Shown: in pieces, positions 1-12,375 of the stretch
Numbering within the stretch: the first letter of the stretch is position 1
How the letters are laid out: each line of letters starts with the position of its first letter
Assembly: GCF_036321535.1 (NCBI RefSeq)
Contig: NC_087438.1
Span: 10,852,001 to 10,916,000 of the forward strand
Length of the DNA: 64,000 nucleotides
Source: Camelus dromedarius
Lineage: Eukaryota
Direction of reading: 5' to 3'
Notes under the pieces: generated by a model
The model's database searches: none
What the model saw: only the letters and a program-made list of their open reading frames with translations
What the model was told of the DNA's origin: nothing
Position numbers and translations under genes: made by a program

Positions 1-699
1 CTGATAATCAAAGGCAGCTATAATGATTTCCCATCCACCCTGGCCCTAGTGGCCAAAGGGATGTGGCTCTCACATGAGAAACATCAAGATGACTGGAGAT
101 GAGGTTGCTTGTTTCCATGGTTTAAAATTTTAACCTATCTCTCTAGCTTGAGTGATGCCCAAAACAAAGACAAAAAACAAACTAGAGGATTACACAATCT
201 GCTCTGGAAACCTAAGAAGTATTTAGGTTGAATCTGGAAAAAAAAAAAGGGAACATTTTTTTTCAAACGTAACTGGAAACTTTCTCTGTTGGTTTTGTCA
301 GATTCTTAGTGGACTGAATTCTAATGTCTGTAGCAAGTCTATAGTTGATGTAAATGTTAGGAGTGGACCTGTTCTAAGATCCTAAATTTCTGGAACTGTG
401 ACCAGCAGTGCCAACCTAGGTGCCTTGTCTTTCTAAATTCTACGTGGGCATATTTAAAACAGCTGAAGAAAACCCGTCCTCAGGCATAAACGCCCACAAG
501 TGGTTGGTCAGAGCCCTCTTCCTTTGATGCGTAGACGCATTTTCTCCTTCTAAAAATTCTATTCAGTATTAGACTTTTTTTTTTTTCCAGGAAAGCATTT
601 GTCTGCATAGGCTTTTGTGCTGTAGAAAAGCAATTCTTCACATGCATATGATGAGTACATGGAGGAACCTAGTGGAAAGGACATAAACATGATACACAC

Positions 700-922
700 T
701 TGATTTCATGTCTGACTGGGCTGTGTACCAGCTGTGACTGTGGATGAGTGACTGATTCTCTCACCCTCCCACCTCTAAGATGCAGATGAGAAGATCTTCC
801 TAGCACATGGCTGTCAATCATCGTAAGCTATTTCTCTTTTGTTCCTCTAACATTAAATGAGACCCATGTAAAATGTTTAGCACAGGACCCAGTTCATAGT
901 AGGTGCTCAGTAAATGTCAGCA
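700..922 (+). mobile_element. MIR SINE remnant
   Basis: MIR 3' signature: ttaaatgagacccatgtaaaatgtttagcacag...agtaggtgctcagtaaatgtcagc. Confidence 0.75.
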
Positions 923-994
923 ATTTCATGTTTTGGCATCATAAGCATTGTTCAGCCTATAATATATGCTGAACATTTCCTTCTACAAATGAAT

Positions 995-1185
995 AAATAG
1001 CAGATACTCTAATATCTAATTCTTATATCATGCTTCCTATGTGCTGCACACTGTTCCAGCTGCTCAACTTATGTTAACTAATTTAATCTTAATAATCTTA
1101 TGACATAAGAAATATCATTAAAGCATTTTTATAGCCGAGGACACTGGGGCAACAAAGACTCAAGCAGAATTCCCCAAGGTGGCCC
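995..1185 (-). mobile_element. MIR SINE remnant
   Basis: Antisense MIR-like text: cttcctatgtgctgcacactgttc...atttaatcttaataatcttatga...catttttatagccgaggacactgggg...cccaaggt. Confidence 0.7.
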
Positions 1186-2869
1186 TTCTGCTATTGTGTC
1201 TACCAATATCAGGTATATTTCCTTATTTATCTTCTGGTGACAAGAAACCCACACTGACTGACACAGTGGAGAAAGTTTCATGGGGATGATTCAAACCAGG
1301 GTGTAGAAAAATGAGGCACCAAGGTGGGTGGTTGGCAAGGTTCATTCAAGGCTCCAAAGTCGTGGATGGGGCTTGAACCACTGTGTCTGGAAGACTTTCT
1401 TCTAAGCATCTTCTAGACCTTCTGCCGAGGTCTTTTTTTCTCCCCTTCCTCACGCAAATATTTAAGACTTTCCTCATGTGGAAGTCAAGTCAGCAAATAA
1501 CAGAAGAATTATTTGCAGTATGTGGCCTGCCCCGACATGGAGAATGTGGGTTTCCCCAAGTCATCATCCTTCTGTTGGCTCCTTGTCTTCATCTGGGCAG
1601 CCCCTTTCATCCTGACCTGGTGATGGGCCACTTCCTGGCTGCGTGGCCCCATCCAGGGGGGACCTGGCCTTTAGCTAAACCTCTGTGAGGTCGGAACCCT
1701 TGTTTTGTGAAGAACAAAAGAGTCTTATGCAAGGACATTCACAGGAAAGATGAACCCCCGCGCCCTGTGCTGCCATGCATGGTTCCTAGAAATGGTAGGA
1801 ACGGGCACTTTTAACAAATCTCGTTCCTTACCGCTCCCACGACTTATCTGTTCTGACTCTGTGCTTCTCATTAACAGCAAATGGAAATGCTATGGGTAGA
1901 TATGGGTCATCGTGGAAAAAATATCATAGCTGTCACTGCCTTCTATAATCTAGTCTTTCATTATACAAATCTCAGCCCTTATCTTTTTTCCCTCCTGAGT
2001 AAAGTGCTTTGGGGATGTGTGAGCGTGTGTTTATAAGTCTCAGCCAATAAAGACAAAGTTTGAGGAGGAAAATCCTATAATTTTAGAATTCCAACTGTGA
2101 GAAAAGGAAAAAGGTCATTTTGATTAGGACGCCATGCACTGCAAATGGAAACTTCTGAATTTTGCTTAAATCCTCCCTCATCGGAAGAAACACCCTTGTT
2201 CATTTGTTCCTTTCCGCCCTAATCTACAGAATGACATTTTCTTGGTTTGATCATTTCTTTATCAACGGCAGATGCATTTCCCCTCTTCCTTCAGTAAATA
2301 GCATTTTAATTCAAGAGTCTGTTGTTTAAACTGCGCTTTGCTAATGAGTCATCAAACGAGGGGAACTGGTGCGCTGTTAATTTTTTTTTTCAAAAGCGAA
2401 CACATTGAGCCGTCTGGAGGGCATCTTCAGCCCACATGTAACTTGTTAAAGGTTCATTAAGGGACTCCAAAATTGAATTTGTTTGTGGAACTAGTGTTTA
2501 TGTTTCTCTAGTTGATGATTTATCACTTAAGTTACAGTAGCGCTTCTCATAAGACTCAGGCAGCCTGTGGACTGTGACTCAGACTTGCCCCTATTTCTTG
2601 GTGTCCTGGTTTTCAGGTCACCTGGATGTGGACCATCCCATTTGCTTGGAAGTTTCCTGGCTGCCATTCCAGAAGGAAATGTCCTTGTAAAGGCTGAATC
2701 TGTAACATAAGCAGTTTCAAGCACAGAGATTTAAGAGCAAATTAGTGGCTTACTTTGTCTGAAAAAGGAAACTAAAATGTCATGACAGTCTTTCATATGA
2801 TGTGCTTAGCAGATTTGGGAAACCTTGGCAGTTTAGACGCTTCAAAACTGGAAAAATGCAATCTGCTAG

Positions 2870-3020
2870 CTCTGTTGTAGTTTGTCAAGCATTTGCATGC
2901 ACGTAATTTTCTGGACCCTCAGAACAGCTCTGGGAGACAAGAAGAGGACTATTATTTCTTTATGTAAATGTGCCAACCAGGTTCCGGGAGGTCAGGAGCC
3001 TAGCCTTTCATTCACTTGGT
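2870..3020 (-). mobile_element. MIR remnant
   Basis: Degenerate MIR core: cctcagaacagctctgggagacaag...actattatttctttatgtaaatg. Confidence 0.5.
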
Positions 3021-3239
3021 CGTTGCAGACAGACGTTCTAAACGGCTGAAGCAGTTTGGAAAAAGTGCTTCAACTTCAAGACTGGTTCTTTCTCCGTTTT
3101 CTCATTTTTAGCTAAGATTTTCTGTTCCCCGGATCACGGATGCCAATTTTAGAATTAAAGTTCTACTAGGAAATGGTTCTCACCTGTGGGTGTGAAGGTG
3201 GAAACTCCTCTCCTCTTTACAGTAGTTTCCATGTGAAGG

Positions 3240-3770
3240 TGTTAGGCAGTTAGATGGGAATGAGCACCCGCAAGCTGAGAGGAGGGGGGACAGAACAATC
3301 TGGAAGATAGCAGTAGGCCTGCTCTCAGGATAAGGGGCTTCAAAGAGTTTGCTTTCTCTAAGTGAAGGCCAACAAAGAAGCCAGTTGGATTTGAACATGG
3401 TGGCTGCACGGAGAAAGAAGGACCCAGCTTAACACGACCCAATGCTCATTATAATGTAACTAGCGCTGTAGTTTGGGCCCCCTCCTGTAGGTTTTTCTGT
3501 GTGCATCGTGGGGAAGAGCATGCACAAAAGAGATGGGCGTGCCTGAGCGCTCAAGCAATGTGAGCTGTCAGTCAATCACGAGAACAGGAGAGACCAAGGA
3601 GAGCCACCATTCTCCTGTCTTGGGTTGGCCTGCCTTCAGTTCTCTGGGGTGTACTATACTAACTTTTGCTGTACTAATAAAATTTTCTGTTTATGTCACA
3701 CTGTCAGTCTCCAATTTAAATTTTTTCCTCAGATAAGACAAGGAACAGAGGCCTTTTTTTACCCTCCTCA
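3240..3770 (+). mobile_element. ERV solo LTR (ERV1-like, family unresolved)
   Basis: Starts TGTTAGG, carries AATAAA at ~3676 followed by a U5-like tail (aattttttcctcagataagacaaggaac) and ends near CA at 3770; no clear TSD. Confidence 0.55.
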
Positions 3771-4614
3771 TGATAAGAAAGGGACTCCCATTAGAGCAAA
3801 ATTCTTGGACTAATACTTTGGCCTTCACTGAAAAAAGGTCTCATGAATTTTGGGGAAGTCACTGGGCGACTTACACCATTTTTTTTGAGGGGGATCAATA
3901 TTAAAGATGAAAATCTGGTATCTGTGTCCTGGACCCAGTGTTTATACTCCACAGTTCTGAATTTAGTCTGGGAAGTTAGATGCCTGATTTTTATTAGAAC
4001 TCCCATTTCCATCTCTTAACCTTGACCCACAAAACAGTAACAAAAGAGTTTTTCCCCTTGAATCAAATTGCTGGGTTGGCATCCATTTACTTTTCAGATT
4101 TTTATGGTTGGGGGAGTGTGGTAAAACTGAAAGATGCCTTTAAAATGTGTCATTGATATGCTAGCTTATAACCAACTCGGGAATTTTTTTTTTTTTGGCA
4201 GGGGTAGTGACAGTGTCTTCTCCTTGGTAGCTTCCTGGACATAGTTTAGTCCCCATCGTTGAGTAGGTTGAGTTGGACTGAACAGGAGTTGTAGTTATAA
4301 CTATGACTGCCTCTCTTTGTGTGCAACTATTCTAACTGAAAATTATACTATCTGTCCTTTTATATTGCTTAAAGAAATGATAAATATCTGTATTGTTGAT
4401 TGCATAAGTTAGAGTTGCTTGTTGCAGAATGCAAAATATATGAGTGACAAAAGAAAATTATCAACAGACATCAGAGCCAGCAGAATTGCATTCGGTTTGC
4501 CATTTTCCCCTCAAACCATGGATAGACTGGCTTTGGAAAAAAGATGTGTTTGAAGAAAACTTCACTGAAGTTTTAAAAATAACTTTCAATGCTGTTTAAA
4601 AATATTTAAATTTT

Positions 4615-5675
4615 ACCTGTTCATCCACCAATAGACACTTTGGCCATTATAAATAGTGCTGCTATGAATAGGATTGTACAAATATCTTTTAGAGACCCCA
4701 CTTTCAATTCTTTTGGGTATATGCTCAGAATTTAAATTGTTAGATCCTACAGTACTTTTATTTTTAGTTTTTTTTTTTAAAACTGTCATACTGTTTTCTG
4801 CGGTGGCTGTACCATTTTGCATTTCCACCAACAGTGCACAAGGATCCCAGTTTCTCACATCCTCATCAATGCTTGTTGCTCTTTGTCTTTTGTTTTTTGA
4901 TAGCAGGCGTCCTAATGAGCATGAGGTGGCATTTCATTGTGTTTTTGATTTCTGTTTCCCTAACGATTGGTGATGTTGAGCATCTTTTCATGTATTTATT
5001 GACCATTTGTACATCTTTGGAGAAATGTCTATTCAAGTCCTTCTCCAGTTTTGAATTTGTTTGTTGTTGAGTTGAGAAAGTTCTCTCTATATTCTGAATA
5101 TTAACCTCTTACCATATATATAACTTACATAGATTTTCTCCAATTTGGTGGGTTGTCTTTTCACTATGTTGATTGTTTCTTTTGATGAGTAAAAGTTTTA
5201 AAGTTCAATGTAGTCCCATTTGTTTATTTTTGCTTTTACTGCCTGTGCTTTCAGTGTCATATCCAAGACACTGTTGCCAAGTCCTTAGTCATGAAAGTTT
5301 CCCTCTATGTTTTCTTCTAAGAGTGTTATAGTGTTCATTATTATTTTCTGGTCTTTGATCCATTTTGAGTTAATTTTTTATATGTGGTGTAAAGTAAGGG
5401 TCCAGCTTCCTTCTTTTGCAAATGAGTATCAAGTTTTTCCAACACTACTTGTTGAAAAGATTGTCCTTTCCCCATTGGATAATATTGGCACTCTAGTCAA
5501 AAATCAATTTTCCACACATACAGAGGTTTATTTCTGAGCTGTCTATTCTATTCCATTGTCCTAGATATCTAACTTTATGCCAGCACCACACTATTCTGAT
5601 TACTGTAGCTTTGTAATAAGTTTTGAACTCAAGAGTTGTGAGTCCTCCAACTTTGTTCTTTTCCAAGTTTTGGCT
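4615..5675 (-). mobile_element. L1 LINE fragment (ORF2 C-terminal region), degraded
   Basis: Classic antisense L1 text (ttttgcatttccaccaacagtgcacaagg; tggagaaatgtctattcaagtcc); ORF 5493-5681 gives [30 protein letters not shown], a decayed L1 ORF2p motif. Confidence 0.95.
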
Positions 5676-5829
5676 TAACATTATTTTAAAATCAAATTTA
5701 TACTAAATTTACATCATAGTGGTTTTTATTCCCTACTTACTGGAAACAATTTCCCCTTGAAAGGGCTTTTCTGGCAATAAATTAATGGAAATCTGTTGGC
5801 TATTTTAGGTACATTGTTTCTTTAAGATT

Positions 5830-5975
5830 ACCAGGTCTGAGTCTGCTACCAATAAGTGATTGCATCTTCACACAAGTCACTTAACTTGATAAAGATCTTA
5901 GTTTCTCCCTCCAGTGAAACTTCAGTGAAATGTGACGATTGGACAAGATAAGCCTTAGAGTCTCTTTCAGCTTTT
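5830..5975 (+). mobile_element. MIR remnant
   Basis: caagtcacttaacttg...ttagtttctc MIR core. Confidence 0.55.
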
Positions 5976-6992
5976 TTAAAAGTCCAAGTCTTTGCAAAGC
6001 AGATCTGCATTCTGCTATTTGCTGAAGGATTATTCCTTTTGATTTAATATAAATGCTCTACACTTGTTGAATCTTTTTGCTTGTTTATCATGGCATGTGC
6101 CCAAATGATCTGCACATACATGCATATGTGAAATTCTTTCCTCCGATGAGCGTAACTGAGAATCTCAAATATGGAGCCAACTGGGCTCCTAAGATGCGAA
6201 GACAAAGCAACTTTATTTTTTCTTATCACTTCCCATTAAACTTCATCTATGGAAGAGTTCTTTCTCAGCTTTGGTTAAAGTCTTGGGCATCTCAGCAGAT
6301 CTTGTTTTTCTTAGATGATTAAAAGTTCACTCCAGTGGAAAAATCACATGATGTCATCTTTTCAGTTCTACTTTAGAGCTTCTCCTCTCCCCTGGTCCAG
6401 GGCAGTCTCTGACTCAGATGCCTCAGTAGGTGTCGGGGAGAGAAATGCTGACACTGTCACTGGCTGGCTCTCTCTTTTCAGTCTCCACCCCCTTCCTCAC
6501 TCACTAGTTGCTCTTTGGAGCCATAGACGAAGAGAGATTAGAAGGAAAGATAAGGAAAGTTTTACTTTCCTGGTAGAATTGTAGTCTGGTATTGGGTCCA
6601 TCCAAGGTGGTAGCTTCCAGATGCTGATTCTTTTCTTGTTGCATGCATCCTTGTCCCTGCAAACTCTGAAAGTTCAGTTCATTATTTCACAGCCCACTTT
6701 CTCATCTTTAGGCAGGTGGAAATCAGGTAGCCATCTCCTTGACTCCCAAACTCTAGAGGATAGGGTTAGTCTATCCATGGAGTTCTCTTAAAACTCTTCT
6801 TAACTGGCTGACAGGGAAAGGAAGACAAGTAGAGCAGATCAGAGTACTGTCTGCAAAGAAGGTCCTCTTTACTGGATTCATCAAGACCCAGGGGGTGCTC
6901 TGTTTTCTTCTATACAGCCTGGAGGGAAGCAGAGGGTCCATGCCTACAAAGCTGTTTCATCTCTTGCCCCGTCCTTCCTGGGTGCTCAAGAC

Positions 6993-7150
6993 TCTTGCTA
7001 TTCAAAGTATGGTCCTTGGACCACAGGCATTGGCTTCATTTGGGATCTTATGAAACATGCAAACATTGAACCCCAGTGCCACCTTACGGCACCTGCATTG
7101 CAACAAGATACCCAAGTGATTCTGATACTCATTAAAATCTGAGAGCTAAC
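6993..7150. mobile_element. MER5-type hAT-Charlie MITE
   Basis: gctattcaaagtatggtccttggacc...tgcattgcaacaagatacccaagtgattctgat...aaaatctgagag resembles the MER5A/B consensus. Confidence 0.75.
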
Positions 7151-8722
7151 GATCAAGAACTTAGAGTGGATGATGCCTATAAAAGTGCTTAGGAACTTCT
7201 GCTGAGACAGGCAGACTGATACACACACATGTACCATAAGGTCCTAAATAATGAAATACTGAGACAGGAAATGGGTGAAAAATGAACTAAAAGAAAAGAT
7301 GAGGTGGCACATTTTTTACACAAATTATGTCACATGGGATATATTTTAGGGTTAGCAAGAGTCTCATCTGATGCCATCACATTGGCATGTGCAGAAGTTT
7401 TATTTTCAGCCGTGTCTCAGTTGCATTCTGTTTTCCCCCCGTCTTTTCTTAATTGCTTTTTTTCCCTATCATGTCTCAGTCTTCACCCTCGTAAACCCCT
7501 GATTCTAAGTCAGCAGTTTGGGTTCTTTATTTGTTTAAGTCATATGATTCAGGGATTTCTTTCTGTAAACTTGGTAAACTTTTCCATATTTCCAGTTACA
7601 TTGTTAGTGGGTTTGGAGGATTTTTTTCCATTTATAGAACCCTTATTGAAGTTGTTGCATCTTGGAATTGTTAACTATTCAGTTATGTGTCATAAAAATA
7701 TGGTCGTGTGTGTGTGTGTGTGCATGTAAAGAGAATCAGTTGAAATAATTACAAAGAAATTCCCTGAATTAGAAGTTTTGTTGTTGAGGTTAAATAAAAC
7801 TGCAATTTGTCGCTTTGTCAGTGGGCCAGTGTGCACTGCTTACACATTAGAAACATACACAGTTCAACATTTTTGTTTCCTTTAATTTTAACTGACTTAT
7901 CTGAAAAGCTTTGGGCTGGACTTAATTTCTGTACACCATCTGTTTTAACCACTATATTTTAGGCCATTCTGTTCGGCTCAGGCACATGGGGTGCAGTTAT
8001 TTCCCCATCACTCATCTGAATGTAGTATTTATATTGCATTTTGTCCAATTAAACTTGTTTTGATATACTTTCATCTCCTCTTTCTTCTTTTTCATCTTCT
8101 TCTTCATCATCTTTTATTTCATCTTCTTTTCCTCTTGCCCCTCCTCCTTCTTCTGGCAAATAAATCCTTTACCTTTGTTTACAATTCTTAATAGTTGAGG
8201 AAGTTTAAGGTAAGCAAACAAAGATTTCTTCCAGTTCCCTTTCTCAGATTAATGTAGGTCTCTCAGAAAAATATTTGAGAGAATTATATGCAACTGAGGA
8301 AGCATTTAAATATTGTTTCCTCACCAGAGATGCTCAGATCCACAGCTTTATCTCTAATGATGGAATCATGAGAGAGAAGCGTTGTTTCCTGTTAAAATTA
8401 CTTGGCCATCAAGAAAGCTGATAGGCCGCTTGGCAAGGGTTTCCTTCTTCCTGGGCCATCATGCAGGCCCAGGGGAGGAGGGCGGGTTGGGAGGAGTGTG
8501 TTCTCTTTCCAGAAACTTTGACACTGTCCTAGTTAATTTGCTGCCTTCCCTACTATGCAATAAGTCCTGTCCCATTTGTAACACTCTTTTAAAAAAGTAG
8601 GAAATCATGGCCTGGGGCTTGGTCTAAGTGAGGTCAAGTTTCCATTCGGGAGAGGAGCAGGGTTGTGTGGGTTTCCCAGTGGGGAAAAGTGGGTAATAAG
8701 AACCTTACTTTGCATGTGACTG

Positions 8723-8725
8723 TTT

Positions 8726-8820
<95 letters not shown>

Positions 8821-8821
8821 C

Positions 8822-8864
<43 letters not shown>

Positions 8865-8947
8865 CTCTCTCTCTCTCTCTCTTCTTTCCTTTCTTCCTTC
8901 TTCTTTTCTGTCTTTCTTCCTCCACCTTCTCCTCCTCTTCTTTTTTG
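8723..8947. repeat. (TTTC)n microsatellite grading into (TC)n and CT-rich sequence
   Basis: Directly visible: about 35 TTTC units from 8724 to ~8862, then a TC run. Confidence 0.99.
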
Positions 8948-9274
8948 TTTAATAGACTTTCTTTTCTAGTCTTATTGATGTCACTCATGATTTCTGCCTC
9001 CTACCTGTTTTGGATGCAACTATAGCAGATATCTGGTGCCCCAGACATATCCTTGCAACCATTCTAGGGGTTACCTACCAGTAATACCTGTACACTTAGA
9101 TGGTTCTGTGTATCTCTCTGCCTGAGTGTGGTCTCTGGTAGAGGGAACGAAACAGAAGCCAAGGTAAGTAAGGCTTCATGAAGGAACCTTATCTAATAAG
9201 GGATGAGAGTTGGTTGACAATCACCCCAGCTTCCTTGCCCATTGGATGGGCCAGTTCTGTGCTGGGGCTTACAC

Positions 9275-9480
9275 CAGCACTGTCCAACAGAACCTTCTGT
9301 GATGGTGGAAACATTCTGTCACCTGTCCTGTCCAATAGGATAGCTATTAGCCACACTTGGCTACAGAGCCTTTGGAATGTGGCTACTGAGAATAAAGAAC
9401 TGAATTTTAAATTTTAGTTAATTTAAATTCAAATTTAAATAGCCACACATGACTAGTGGCTACCATGTTGGACAGTGCAC
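9275..9480. mobile_element. MER3-type hAT-Charlie MITE
   Basis: Terminal inverted repeats cagcactgtccaa / ttggacagtgcac and internal tagccacacatgactagtggctac. Confidence 0.85.
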
Positions 9481-9618
9481 ACACACCATCTCTCAGAGTC
9501 CTGGGCAGGACTCAGCATCAGTTGCCTGTTGTGTTTACCCACGTAGCATACCCCTCGCTGGCTTTCCTCCTTTCCTGTCTCATGTTCTCACTCCTCCATA
9601 ATCCCTGGAATTATCTCC

Positions 9619-10115
9619 TTTGATGGTTGGCTTTACGTATCAACTTGATTGGGCTAAGGGATGCCACAATAGCTGCTAAAACATTATTTCTGGGTTGTCT
9701 GTGAGGGTGTTTCCAGAAAAGACTAGCGTTTGAATCCACAGACTGAGTAAAGATCACTCACACCAAAGCAGGTAGGCATCAGCCAATCTGTCAAGGGCCT
9801 GGCTAGAACCAAAAGGTGGAGGAGGTGTCAGCGTACATGCCCCTTCAGCTGGGGCATCCGTCTTCTTCTGCCCTAAGTTCTGTGCTACTTTCTTGGCCCT
9901 TCTGACTCGGACTGGGACATACATCATTGGCTCCATGAGTCCTCAGGCTTTTGATTTGGACTGGAACTACACTACTGGCTTTCCAGGGAGTCAAGTTGCA
10001 CATGGTGGACCATCAGATTTTTCAGCCTCCACAATCATTTGAACTAAGCTGTCATATTACAGTAAATCTCTTTCTGTGTATATCCTAATTTTCATATTTC
10101 TCTAGAGAAGCCTTC
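9619..10115 (+). mobile_element. MLT2 (ERVL) solo LTR
   Basis: tgatggtt..tcaacttgattgggctaagggatgcc..aaaacattatttctggg..gtctgtgagggtgtttcc matches the MLT2 start; ends tttctctagagaagcc. Confidence 0.9.
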
Positions 10116-11169
10116 CCTTCTTCCCCCAAAACTACTGGGGGGGAAATTCTTTTCTCAGGATCTGTTCTGAGGGGACCCCAACCTAAGAAATACTTGCACT
10201 CAGCCTAAGTCCCATTCTGTTTCTCTGCTAATGTCTCTGAAGTTCATCATACACCTCTGTGCTCCTGCAACCCAGTGGGTCTAAGTGTATTATGATGTCG
10301 ATGTGGGACTCTCCCCACGCACAGCACAGGCATAAATAGAACGCTGTGATGAGTGGAAACAAGCTTCAGATGATTGTTTACATTCTCATGGGCTGCCTTT
10401 TGAGACTCTGGTGTGTGCTACAGATGAAATACAGAAGACATAATTTTCTTTATTTTCCCTGACTTTTGTTTTATTACCATAGAAATGCACAGAAATCAGA
10501 TGACTTACATATGCTCTGGAGCTTTTGCTGTAGGTCACATACATCTCTTATAGGGAAATAAAAAGATAAGATGAAATAGAAATGGCTATTGCATATTCAA
10601 AGGAAGACACTTTTCAAAAGACTAAAACAGTCTTACTTGCGAAGAAAAACATATTACCTTGTTCAAACTAACCATTTCTAAGTTCCCTACCTGCTTAGGA
10701 ATGATGTTTGCTATAGAGAAAGCAAAGGCACAGGTGAAAACACCTTGAGCTTTGAACATACTTGATGCTCCCTCCCCAGCACATCTCTTGGTGCCCCTCC
10801 AGTCTCACTGTGCACGTAGTCTTGCTCTGTCTGTACTCACTTCTTGGTCTGTTGGGTATTTGTATTAATGTACAGCAGATTTACTGAGTGCAAGAATTCC
10901 TAAGCCAAAGTTCACTTTGGCATTCCTATAACCATGCAGGAAGCTTTGATGATGTGAGGGGGATTCCTGAATTAAACTCAGGTGATGATTAACCAGCCAA
11001 GAAAAGTATTTTACATTCAGGAAGCAATAAGCTGTTTGTCACTTTAAGATGATAACATTAAAATAAACATAAAGGCACATTACTTTTGAATATGTTTGAG
11101 ATTTCCTGTTATCTGTTGTCATTTTATAATTTTTTCCTGTTACTTTTATTCCTTATTTATTCTAATCCT

Positions 11170-12375
11170 AAAATCGGAAAGGAGGAAGCAAATGAGACAT
11201 TATTGTCAGATGACATAACTGTGTACAGAAAAAATCCTAAAGAATGTACAAACTGTTAGAATTCACAAGTGAACTTAGCAAGCCTTCTCAATTATATTTC
11301 TTTTAGTATATATATATATATATATTATTGAGGTATAATTGACATACAATATTATATTAGTTTCAGAAGTACAACATAGTGATTTAATCAATTATATTTC
11401 TATACATTAGCAACAAACAAAGAAAAATTAAAGAAGACTCTATAAATGAAAAGGCATTGACTGGAAAATTCAATATTATTAAGACACTAATCATCCCCAA
11501 ATTGTTTCTTAAAGTAAAGCAATACCATTCCACATCCAAGTAAAAAGTTTTGTGTGTGTGCAGAACTTGACAAGCTGATTACAAAATTTATTTGGAAGTG
11601 CAAAAGGCCAAGAGCACATTAGGCAGTCTTGAAAAAGGTGGCAAAACTGGAGTACTTAACCTAAAGCTATGGGAATCACAGCTGTGGTGTTGGATATAAG
11701 AAAAGATAAAATCGTCCAATAGAAGAGAAGAGCACCCACAAACAGACCATGATGTACACTTTTATCTGACTTATGGTAAATTCAACACTGCAGTACAGTG
11801 AAAAAAAAAAAAAAAGGATCGTCTATTGGATAGTGATATGGAAAAGAAATGTATGTTGCCCCTACCTCACACCATACAGAAAGTAAATTCCAGGTGCTTT
11901 GTAGATTGAAGTGTGAAAGCTTCTACAAAACAATAAAGCTTCTAAAGGCCAAACATTTAAATTTCATTTTCCTGACCATGGCATTGGTAAATATTTCTTT
12001 GAAAAAAGTGTCCAACATCAAATAAAAACTGATACACTGGACCATGTTAAAATCAGAAACTTCTGTTTACAAAGGTCATCACTGAAAGGGTGAATATTCA
12101 ACTCAGAGTGAGGAAAGATATTTGTAATATATATATTCAGAGTATATGCATTCAGAAAGAATGCAGCAAATAAGAAAGAAAAATAGAAACAACCAGTAGA
12201 AAAGTGGGTAAGAGACATTGCAAAAGAGGGAATCTGAATGGCCAATAAACATGAAAAGTGCCCAGCCTCATTAGTTATTGACAAAATGCAAAATACAATC
12301 ACAATGAGACACTACAGTACATGTATCAGAATAGCTAAAATGAACAAAGAATGGAAATGCCAAGTGTTGGCTTTT
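11170..12375 (+). mobile_element. Old L1 fragment (ORF2 RT to C-terminus)
   Basis: cagatgacataactgtgtacagaaaaaatcctaaagaa (RT DD-motif region); atggccaataaacatgaaaagtgcccagcctcattag. Confidence 0.9.
11302..11387 (-). mobile_element. Heavily 5'-truncated L1 3' end with perfect 14-bp TSD
   Basis: tcaattatatttct at 11288-11301 and 11388-11401 flank ttattgaggtataattgacatacaatattatattagtttcag. Confidence 0.85.

Larger units (their letters stand above)
9021..10190 (+). mobile_element. LTR16-type ERVL solo LTR, interrupted by two nested insertions
   Basis: LTR16-like segments at 9021-9274, 9481-9618 and 10120-10190 (end: tctcaggatctgttctgaggggaccccaacctaaga). Confidence 0.7.

Noticed and set aside
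38..56. CTCF-like motif (minus strand TGGCCACTAGGGCCAG)
   Set aside because: The 3' half lacks the GGC core; the match is too weak to report.
8605..8988. KERK-rich and FFLS-rich ORFs
   Set aside because: Artefacts of the (TTTC)n repeat.
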